From Eledone cirrhosa (taxonomy: Eukaryota), in the NCBI GenBank assembly GCA_964016885.1, contig OZ024742.1, forward strand, positions 174,654,001 through 174,718,000: a DNA stretch of 64,000 nucleotides, given 5' to 3'. The notes under the pieces were generated by a model, which saw only the letters and a program-made list of their open reading frames with translations, was not told where the DNA came from and did not search any database. The position numbers and the translations under genes are program-made. Positions 12,601 through 22,109 of this stretch are shown here, one piece after another. Position 1 is the stretch's first letter, and each line of letters begins with the position of its first letter.

Positions 12601-13402
12601 CCCACTATCATTGTTCAACTCATCTACCACTAAATTTAGGATGTCAACCGAATCTTGTCCTAGCCCGTCAGCATTCATCTCCTCAGTGGCCGTATCTCTG
12701 TTCCAGGTATTATTTATCTCAGTATTCAGATCATTGTCTGCTTCGGGTGGTTCCTTCGCTCTCAGGACCTCCTCACCTTCATTTCCCGCCGGCTCGCTTG
12801 TCTGGCATACTACACCCGCCATCTCCAAGCCATTCTCTCTGCTCAGTTCCTCCAGTTCCAGCTCGCTTATCCACCCATTAGTTCTTATTACCCGAGCCTG
12901 CCCGGCCAATTTTTGTTCATCTAATTTAAATAAACCAATCTCGTTCCAGATGTTATGCATCCGTCTCCTGTAGCCCCTCTCCTTGGGGTTACTTTTCAGG
13001 TAGCATTGCATAGCAGTTCTATTCAATTCTTTCGTCCAGTTGGTTCTGGCCCCTTTCCTTCTTCTTCTTCCTCCAACATCAGCAGTATTTCGTTGACAGT
13101 CAGGTTCCTGCTGCTGAGCCAGGGGGCACCTGTTGGGTGAGAGTCTGTCACATGACGTTCTAGTCTCCATTTCACCGTTATTCGAACTGTTTATGTTCGA
13201 TATTTAAACACTCTTATCGAGGATTGGCGAATGTATGTTTACATAGCCATCTGTGGATCCGCCATCCCACTTGGCCCTTGTGTGGCATTATCACCACGCT
13301 GTATACGGACACACATAAACAAACAAACACACGGGCAGAAAGGGCCCCAAAAATGAATAAGCATAAGTTTCATTGTAATGTAGTATTCGAATGTCCGACT
13401 TA
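9700..13402 (-). mobile_element. Apparently full-length R4/Dong-clade non-LTR retrotransposon in (TAA)n
   Basis: Single intact ORF with RT and RLE, short UTRs, (AAT)n tracts on both sides (9671-9703, 13448-13488). Confidence 0.9.
9778..13170 (-). CDS. Reverse transcriptase / restriction-like endonuclease polyprotein (1130 aa, intact)
   Basis: WKSPGPDG, YRPITCL, QKGC, WIDYRKAFD, GIFQGDSLSP, LLFMDDLKL, YKYLG; CCHC CRICG..ETVAHIVSEC; RHD; RPDLVV..IVDV; K..RYQDL. Confidence 0.95.
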   Translation of the reverse strand: METRTSCDRLSPNRCPLAQQQEPDCQRNTADVGGRRRRKGARTNWTKELNRTAMQCYLKSNPKERGYRRRMHNIWNEIGLFKLDEQKLAGQARVIRTNGWISELELEELSRENGLEMAGVVCQTSEPAGNEGEEVLRAKEPPEADNDLNTEINNTWNRDTATEEMNADGLGQDSVDILNLVVDELNNDSGRPMNLRFVDRKKLKETTAKVNKVIPYLEARSLHQCNNILKATANTVRKLLGIKARGNNRQERAEPWWKKRLSGQIGEMRNDIGKLESLLNGTLKNIGTKNRLEIKYKTRSKKLNIIIEELKQRIVAKSAKIRRYENRVSRYKQNRMFDNNQKMLFGQLEGKERGTDLIPGAEQAKTFWRGIWEQDVRHNAQAGWIETVQREIGEQAQQQTDLSITVETLKGQAKKLTNWKSPGPDGVQGYWIKHLTSLHPKLTAMFNDCLVSGEVPEWLTKGTTVLIMKDQIKGNDVTNYRPITCLPVMWKLLTSIVSEEIYHHLHTNNLLPDEQKGCRKKSRGTKDQLLIDKMVMGNCRRRHTDLAMGWIDYRKAFDMVPHSWITKSLEIFRVADNIRQLLGRSMGSWETELTSTGVSLGSVKIKRGIFQGDSLSPLLFVLALMPLTIMLRKVRAGYKLGRGELTINHLLFMDDLKLFGKSEKELDVLVDTVRIFSSDICMQFGIGKCGVIVMRRGRLSRSNGIQIPTGEMIKEIDSEEGYKYLGVLEADGIKNKKMKELLRTEYIRRVRSVLKSHLNSRNAISAVNSRAVSIIRYSAGILRWNVAEQKEMDRKTRKLLTIYNMFHKRSDVDRLYLRRSEGGRGLISIEDCVQMEKNNLYKYVTYSKEPMLRAVLKEGTVGQGIPKEEITSRRKSSLKGKSLHSTFFEKTEFRDPQTWNWLRRGDLKKATEGMLMAAQEQALKTKWLKHHIYKEEASPLCRICGEREETVAHIVSECKHLAQTHYKGWRHDVMGRVIHWHLCKVNNLPHSEKWYEHRPEAVMENNQVKVLWDFRIQTDKKLEHNRPDLVVVDKEKRSCLIVDVACPFDTRVQEKEREKINRYQDLKWEVKRIWNCHEVKVIPIVIGALGTISKGFQGWLKKIGPFTLFGTLQKACLLGTARTLRYVLNI

Positions 13403-13408
13403 GTTTTT

Positions 13409-13489
<81 letters not shown>
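13403..13489. repeat. Poly(T) tract followed by (ATT)n between the two divergent LINE 5' ends
   Basis: Direct inspection. Confidence 0.9.
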
Positions 13490-13706
13490 TAATGCTATGG
13501 TTGACGGAGGCTCGGCTCTGTAAGGTATTGTAAATTTTGACCGCTATAACAATTGTAAATTGTTTAAATCTTTAACCAACTTGTAGACAAAAACACCCTC
13601 CTCCTCGTGAGAGGGGTCTTTCTGCCCGATATTTGGCCCTTCGGGGTTAAATAACCGCTTATTGGGGTTTTGTGCCCAATATTTATTTTAAACAAAAAAA
13701 AACAAC

Positions 13707-15646
13707 ATGGCTACGAAAAAGAATTTTCATAGGTCACTCCCTCTCATTCCGTCTTCTTCTTCCTCAATCGTCACTACAGCAGAGAGAAGATTGTCTCTCT
13801 CCCTCCCTTCTCTAAATGTGTCTCTCTCCCTCCCTTCTCTTTCGAAAGCGACGCTAGTAAAGAAAAATCACGTGCAAAGCGTGCAAGATTTCTCCACGAC
13901 GACAACAACGAAAAAGGTGTGCGGGAAATACGAAAACCCATTTCATTCGTCTGACGTCAGGAATAATAGCAGTAGCAGCCGTAATAACAGCAGCAGCAGC
14001 AACAGTGACAAGGAAAACAACAGTAGCAGCCGCAACAGCATCAGTAGCAGCATAAACAACAATAGCATTAGCAGCAACAGCAACAACAACAGCAACAGCA
14101 GCAACAACAACAACAACCACAGCAACAGCGGCGGCGTCAATAGTCGTAGTACCTGCAGCAACAACAAAAGTAACAGCAGCTCTGACGACAACAACAACAA
14201 CAGCAGCAAAGAAAACCAATCTCGTTTGCAGGTATCGCAAAGAACCTGGAAACCATCCTCATAACAGATGAGGAATTAGAGGAAGCGAAGAAGATGGTGA
14301 CGAAAGCCGGACACCGAGCAATCTGCAAGGCAGCCAGAACATTTTTCGAAACCCAACAGCAGTGTACGGTCACGTACCGTACAGTAAGCACAAAATCCCG
14401 TAGGGTTGAAAGAGCCACAGAGACTCAACTACAAAAAGCCTTAGGGTCTGTGTGGCAGCGGAAAACGCACATCACCCGAGGCAAGAAATATTCCACCGTA
14501 GACGTGCTTTTTGCCACACCCCAGGAGGCAAAGGCTCAATCCTTAGTGACCCTAAGGAGCGAGGAAATGGTGTTGGTGCCCTCCTACTGCGGGCAAAAAA
14601 TTGTGAGGGTCAAACTGACCCATGGCCCCTTCTTGGCTGGCCGCGTCTGTCCTCGTCAGAATCGAGGACAAAACAACTGTACTGCAAGTACCGAAAATTG
14701 AGATGTTAATCCAAACCAACCAGGAGTGCATCGAAGCTATACCGGATGTGATAGACTTCGATAACGGCACTCAACTGCCCATAAGTGTTGAGGGCAAACG
14801 CCCGAAATGCTTTCGCTGTGGATCGAAGACTCACCTCAGTGCCTTCTGCAACGAGAAGACCCTGAGAAAGGAGAAAACCCCCTCCTTCCGAAACCGGCTC
14901 CACGGCTATCAGCAACAGGACAAGCGGCAACCAGGAACGATAGGTCCGTGGCACCCATACCCACACCACGGAAATCAAAAACAGCAGCAGCAGTGGAAGT
15001 ATTAACAACAACAACAGCAATACCAAATGAAGCTGCAACAGAGACTCCAGTGCAAACATCACCAACAACAACAAGTGAAAGAGTGGAGCTGGTACCCCTC
15101 CCCGACCTCACAAAATCAGACATGGAGTGTGAGGTGGGAGAGGAATGGCAAAAGGTCGTAAGAAGGCACAAACGCAGAAGCAGCGCATCGTCGCCTTCGA
15201 AAAGGGAAGAAAGAAATGAAAAAAGGGTAAAGGCTACCGCAAAGAGACTCACAGCAGCAACACCACCAACACCATCACCACCCACACTAGCACCACCATC
15301 ACCACCGGCGACAACCCCACCGCCAACAACAACAACACCTTCAACACCTCCACCACAAGCACCAACATCGCAAACACAACAACAAAACACACACACCCAG
15401 CAACAACGACAAGAAAATAGCAGAACTCCACCCCACCACCAGAAAAACAAATGCACGGCAATAAATACACACAACAAGAAACTAATGACTTACATAATTG
15501 AACACACAGACATTTCAGAGCACGACTACATAATACCAGCACCAATCAAAACGCCAACTAACATAAGACTGCTAGAAATAGCACAGAAACAATACACACA
15601 CATTAAAACGAATTCCCCAACGCATTTTGTGATTTCAGAGACCTAG
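13707..15646 (+). pseudogene. Tx1-type ORF1 (gag-like), frameshifted
   Basis: Overlapping ORFs 13707-14264, 14294-14701, 14622-15005, 14807-15646; CFRCGSKTHLSAFC (CX2CX4HX4C); N/S-rich and P/T-rich low-complexity tracts. Confidence 0.75.
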
Positions 15647-15827
15647 GAGGGACTCTCAACCGAAGAGTATATTCAGACATACTCATAGAAGAGCCGACGA
15701 CCAGCCGAAGGGACGATTCAACGGTCCCTTCACCAGACGATCAAGTGAAAAGGGATGGAAAAACCATCCTTCCTCTACGAAAAGTACGGTAAGTGGTCTT
15801 TCCCATCTTTTCCACTCTATTTTAAAC

Positions 15828-18800
15828 ATGACCTCACTCAGAATAGGCAGCATAAATGCGCGTGGCTTGGGGTCGTCATGGATGCAGGGTCACCTGCTCA
15901 ACGACCTCAGGTCACTAAACATAGATGTAGTGGGCATCAGCGAGACCAGAATCTCCGAAGCACGGGCCTTCGCACCGATCTTCGGCGGCTACGATGTGTA
16001 CGCATCTCCCAGCCGTCGTGGATCGGAGGGTGGAGGAGTTGCTGTGCTTTTTCGGAGAGGTTTGGATCTCACCAGACGGGCCATATTCCTGGACCCAGAG
16101 GGTAAGTTGGTGGTGCTGGACGTGACCAGCGGAGACGGGCAAGCTTTCAGGCTAGTGGCTGTCTATGCCACGACAGGAGCAGGGCGGCCTGATTTCTTCC
16201 GGCGTCTGGAGACCTTTCTTGGAACGTCCCACTCTTTAGTGTTAGTGGGCGACGGGATCTTAGATGCACGCTGGGACTGTGTGGGATTAGCGGATAGGGG
16301 TGGAGGGTGCAAGAGCCTCACCAACCTGCTCAGGCGTTTTGAACTGTCTGACAGATACCGATTGGATTTCCCGAATGTGCCAATGTGGACTTGGCCAATT
16401 CGCATAGGATCATCCAGATCATATCTAGATAGAGTATTTTGTAGGGAAATAGATAGGTCTAGCATAGGCTGTCAACAATTCAAGATAGTCAGCTACACGG
16501 ACCACAAATTCGTGATCTGTGTGCTTGACTTAGATAGGCTTCATAGACGAGGACCCGGCTACTGGAAGCTAAACGCGTCCTTACCAGCGCACAAGGCCTA
16601 CAGATACCGGATTAGCGAACTAGTTAAGCGGGCGTTGACGGGGGCCATCGTCAACAACAAGTGGTGGTTTGCTCTGAAAAGAGCGATTAGTATAGAATCC
16701 ATTAGGTATAGTAAGGCTTTAGCAATAGAGAAAAATAGAGCAGAGGGAGAACTAGTTAGAAAATTAGACGAGGCGCTTAGCAAAGGCATTGCGACCGACG
16801 TGCTTGCGGCTAAATTGGCCCTTGACCAATTCTTTAAATGCAAAGCACGAAGGCTGCGTTGTCAGAGCTAGGGTGCGTGCTCTCAGATACGAGGGGACGA
16901 AAGCCGTACAATGGGCCCAGTGGCGGAGGCGCGTCGTGGAAACAAAGCCACGATCCAGTCTTTGGTGGACCACGACGGGCGCATGCTACTCGATCCCGGG
17001 AAAATGTGTGAAGCTTTTCAGCGACACTTCGCACAGCTGTTCGGGGGCAGCGGTGGGCCGGGTCGAGGGATGGACATTAGTGTCTACCTCGACGGACTGC
17101 CGCGGCTCTCGGCCACTGAGGCGGAGTGTTGCGAAAAGCCGATAACAGCTGCTGAAATACGGGAGGCAATGACTGGCTGCACAAGGGGTAAATCGCCTGG
17201 TTTGGATGGTCTGCCCTATGAACTTTACTTACAGATGCCAGACTTGTTCGGAGGCATCTTGGCGGACGTCTACTGCAACTGGCAACAGAACGGGAGAATT
17301 CCCAGCTCTGTGAGCCGAGGAGCGGTGGCACTGCTGAGAAAGGATCCGAACAAGGGGGATAACATAGATAATTTCAGGTCCATAACTCTGCTAAACACTG
17401 AGTTCAAGATTGTGGCCAAGGTGCTAGCAAAGAGGTTGGCGCCTGTCGTTGGTGGTCTGGTGGGAGAGGCGCAGACATTCGCCATTCCCGACAGATCCAT
17501 CCGCAACAACCTCCACCTCATGCGATACATCGTAGAGAGGGTAGCTAGGGAACCTGGAACGGGTGGGTCCTTGATCAATTTAGATCAGTCGAAAGCTTTC
17601 GATAGGGTCGACCATCGTTACCTAGCGGCAGTCCTGAGGGCGGCTGGCTTTGGCCCCGTCTTCAGAGGCTGGATCGCTGCCATGCACAGCGACATCTGCT
17701 CTGTGGTGAGAGTGGACGGTCACCTTTCGTAACCGTTCAACATCATGCGCTCGGTCCGCCAAGGATGTCCCCTCTCGTCCCTCTTGTACGTATTGACTCT
17801 CGAGCCATTACTGCACAAACTGGAGACGTTGAGGGGCGTCCCGTGCGAACTAGGATGCGGGAGATCCGTGTCAGCATATGCGGACGATGTCACCGTAGTG
17901 GTGTCGAACGCTAAACACATCTAGGTGATCGGCACTACACTAAGAGAATACGAAGCGGTGACAGGAGCAATGATCAACCAGGAAAAGTCAGTGGGCCAGT
18001 AGCTCGGCACCTGGAGAGGCAGGTCCATGCCGTCCAAGAGCGTCGTCGGACGCTGGACGGACGGACCGGTTAAATTGCTAGGGGTCTGGTTCGGTCCGGA
18101 CCCCCAGACGGAAAAAAACTGGGACGAGCAGGGTGGCTTCTCTCACCCAGAAATGGGCGGAGAGGAAGCTATCCCTGAAAGATCGAGCGGAGGTGGCTAA
18201 CGCGTACATCGCGTCTGTCATCTGCTACCGCCTGACCGTCGTACCTTGTCCTAAGACCCGCCAGACTGCGCTGGAGCGTTTGCTCTTTCGCTTTTTGTGG
18301 AAGGGACGCGCTTCGATGGTCAGGCGGTCCATCTGCTATAACACCCGCTACGTGGAGGGCTGGGCATGCCGTGGCTGATGATGCGCAGACACGCGCTCAG
18401 GCTACGACATCTCCACCTCTTCCTCGACGGTGATCAGGTGTGGTCGCCGTTTGCTAGACACGTATTTCCCCAGCTCGTTTCCTTGACGGAGCTGCATTCC
18501 TGGGTCAAGCGAAGACCGAGAGGGAGCGCCTGGACACTGGAATGTCTTCAGGCGCTCACAGCCCTCGACCAATCGGGCAATGTGATCGGTGGAAACTCCA
18601 CCTTGGCGTTCTATACAGGATTAGTGGAGGGGAAGAGCGACGACGTACTTGGGGAAACTCTAGGCGTCGAGGAAAATCAACTAGCCAATCTCTTCGGAAG
18701 AACTTTCGGGCCGGGACCTATGGACAACTTCCAAGCATCTCTGGCCTGGCAGTGCTACCGAGGAGCCTTGCCAGTTCGGGATAAACTCTAAAGGCATGGA

Positions 18801-19235
18801 GGTGCCGTCAGCCGGGCATGTCCGAGATGCGCGCAGGGCGACGAAACCGTCCTGCACGCACTCGTCCAGTGTCCGAAAATTGCTGAATTGTGGATTTATG
18901 TCGAACACCTGCTGTCGCGTTTAGGACGGATCCGGCTATCATCTGAGTCCATCGTGAGGATTGCCCCGCCCTCCTCCTTTAGCCGGGAAGGGCAGGCAGT
19001 TTTTATCTGTCTGGTGGCCATGGCGAAAGAGATAGTATGGTGGACACGTTTGAAAGGGCTGAAGACGAGCACTTACCTCTTCGGTGATGCTCTGATTGAC
19101 TTTTTCAAATTTCATTTGAAAAGGAAAATCAGAGTAGAGAGGGAAGTGCTCTCTTCCCAGCATTTTGTTGAAAGATGGGTGAGAGAAGCAAGAATGGCCC
19201 GAGTGAATGGGCCTACTCTGAGTATATATCTGTAA
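15828..19235 (+). pseudogene. Tx1-type ORF2 (APE endonuclease + RT + zinc finger), with stops and frameshifts
   Basis: SINARGL, ISETR, SYLDRVF, TDHKFV, GYWKLN, KSPGLDGL, LDQSKAFDRVDH, RQGCPLS, AYADDV, CPRC..HALVQC. Confidence 0.9.
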
Positions 19236-19484
19236 ATTAAAGGTGGAAAACTGGGAGAGGGCACTTGCCTTGGTGGTCAGGGTCACTGTGGCCTTTTACT
19301 GGGCTTTCTCCACAAATGTCCCTCCGAAGTCTCCCCCCTATTGGGGAATTTTTCATTGTTATTTTTGTTACATCCTCTGTTTTTGTTTTTTACACGCAGA
19401 AATGCCCATTTGTACTGTCCTACATTGTCCTGCACTGTCCTTAATGTCTACTTTATGTAAACCCTTGTGGTTAATAAAGAAATC

Positions 19485-19516
<32 letters not shown>

Positions 19517-21529
19517 TAATGACAATGGATTGACAAAATTGTTAGAATGGAAAACAAAAGGCCTTATGGTATTTATTCTAGCTCTTTACATTCTGAGTTC
19601 AAATCCCATTACGGATTAAGAGATGTCCTATTAGGTTGTGTCTCATAGAAGGTTACTTGGGTGTTTAATTGTTAGGGGTCACAGTTCTATCATGAAAAGA
19701 ATCTCCACTGGACTAGAAGCCAATCCACAGCCTGGCTAACCTCCAACTGTTAGCAGTGCTCACATTTTCAGCTGAGTGTACTGTAGCAATGTGTAATGAA
19801 GTATCTGTTTCAGGAACATAATATACTGCCCAGTCTATGATTCGAACCCTTAATCTATGATTGTGCATACAACCCCATAACCACTGTGCCATGCACCAGC
19901 AGTATGAAACATATTTAGACTTTTTTCTACTTCTCTATTGACTAGCTTTACAATGGAGTAAATTGCTTGCACAATCTATTCTACGCTCTACATTGAACTG
20001 ATATATATTTATTAATCGTAATCATCCTCATTTTTACATCTGCCTTTTCTTACATGCATGGGTTGGACTCCCCCCTCCAAACTAGCAATTTGCAATTTAT
20101 CCCATTCCTTTGTGTGGTGCACCATTGAGAGATGAAATCTCAACACTTTTCCACATATTTTCCTTTGTCTTCCTCCCCTATGACTTTCTCCCAAATAGAA
20201 CTGTCATATTCCATACACATTATGACTATACCAGTTCAATCTCCTCTCTTGCATACATTTTATTCTTCTTAAACCCATTTTTTTCCTTAACTCATCCATG
20301 TTTTGGTCTTCATGCATGCTCTTGTTATTTAAGCATTTATTAGCTTTCATCAGCAGATATCATATTACAATTGTCATGCAGATTACTAAAAAATATTCAC
20401 ACTCGAATATTACTAAAATATATTTGACTTGAAGCATTTATAAATGTAGGCGTATTATTTGAATACCATAAATATATATACTATTGAGTAACATCAATAT
20501 TTTAGAAATAACTGAAAATGTAGATGTTAAATATATCTCCCATGACTAATAGAAGTTCCAATTATCTTCCATCCAAATGCTTTTTGTTGTAGTTTTCTTT
20601 ATTACATTCCAGATGGCATAATTGTTTGGAATCTAGGTTTCTTTTTCTATGAATATCTCCAAAGGGCTAAAAAGTAGGCCACTATAATATTGATACATTT
20701 GTATATTTTATAATTTTAATGGTAAGAATGTTTCACTTCTTATATTTATTTATATATTTTTTAAATTCTGTTTCCTTTATTGCTAATTAATTTTAAAGGA
20801 AATACATTAAAAATAGAAAGAAACAGTTCCTAAAGAAATATTGTGGCATATATTTTGTAATGTAAATGCACATTTTAATGGAAAGCAAAATTAAATGAAT
20901 ATCTTTAAAAAAAGGAAATTTGACAAGAATTTTCAAAGGACCTTTCAGAAATGTTAACTTAAATTGACGTATGTAGTCACTTAAAGTGTCTTTCTATATG
21001 AAAATGTTCACATCACTTTTATATTTATACTTTTATAATATTTACATATTTACATATTGTCAAAAATATTATTTGAACTTTTGTAATTTGTATATGTTTC
21101 AACACATGCTTTCATATTAAGAACCTTGCAGAATAAATATAAAAATTATTTGAAATTTATCCTAAAGTTACATCTCAGTTTCAGAAGTTTAAATCCATGT
21201 TTAGATACATTGTTAACACTTTTCATAATAAGTGTTTATATATATATAGCTAAAACTTTCCATCATCATTTTATGTAAGAACTTTTATGTTTAAGTGTAT
21301 GAGAAATGAATAAATCAGATATTGTCTTTTCTGAAAAACAATACTTGGATATAGAAATTTTAGTTTGAATTTTAGTTATAGTTTAATATTTTCTCTACTG
21401 ATTTTTAGGAATGTTCTAAAGGTTTGTCAATTTCACAAATTTTGAGAGGGATATACATCTTAGTTAAATATCCTTTCAAAAATATTATTTTTGAATAGGA
21501 CTCTTGCTCTTTAGATACAGAAAATACAC

Positions 21530-21820
21530 ACCATCATCATCATCATTTTTATGTCACCATCTTTATGCTTGCATGGGTTGGGTGGGTTCTGTCTTGTACA
21601 ACCTCCATCCACTCTTAGCATTCTTTCACCATCTCCACTGTGAATATCAGTGTTTGAGAACAGCTATAATCACCTCTGCCCAGGTTTTTCATGGTCTTCC
21701 TCTACTACAACATTCTTCCTATGGCATCACCTGCCACTTCTTCACCCAGCATTCGTCATCCATATGAATTACATGTTCCATACCAGCACATGTTTCTCTC
21801 TCACCCACTATACCTGATTC
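21530..21820 (-). mobile_element. Old RTE-type LINE 3' fragment
   Basis: (CAT)n tail plus GCTTGCATGGGTTGG; similar to 50862-51570 and 20010-20330. Confidence 0.5.
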
Positions 21821-22109
21821 ATGACTAGAATAGCTCCAGAAACTCTTCAGCTTGTCAGTTTCAAAGTGGCACAGCTAAAACCTTCAAAACTGGGATGAAG
21901 AAAAGTATGTCTGAAGATAGGAGAGGAAAGTGAATGTATACTTTGTACAATAATTAAAATGGAAGGTAGTCTCTGTCTGATTTCTCAAAGGCAAGGATCA
22001 CACATACAAATTCTTATGGATAGGTAAAGCACTGGAAATAGTGAAATAGTTGTTGGCAGAGAAATGGATAAAAAAATAATTGAAGGAAAGTAATTAACAG
22101 AATACTGTA

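Larger units (their letters stand above)
13490..19484 (+). mobile_element. Full-length, decayed Tx1/L1-group LINE flanked by (ATT)n
   Basis: 5'UTR, ORF1 with zinc knuckle, ORF2 APE-RT-ZnF, 3'UTR ending AATAAAGAAATC(ATT)n. Confidence 0.9.

Noticed and set aside
9851-13140. Plus-strand ORFs up to 256 aa opposite the Dong ORF
   Set aside because: Antisense shadow frames with no motifs
13205-13350. HDV-like ribozyme at the Dong 5' end
   Set aside because: Hairpins are present but the nested double-pseudoknot could not be assembled by eye
13545-13680. HDV-like ribozyme in the Tx1 5'UTR (L3-like TCCTCGT, P1-like GACCGCT/AGGGGTC)
   Set aside because: P3 has a mismatch, no P1.1 GG follows P1, and no convincing J4/2 or P2; better explained as simple hairpins
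13854-15545. Minus-strand poly-Leu/Val/Ala ORFs resembling membrane proteins
   Set aside because: Antisense shadows of AAC/AGC/ACC low-complexity tracts in Tx1 ORF1
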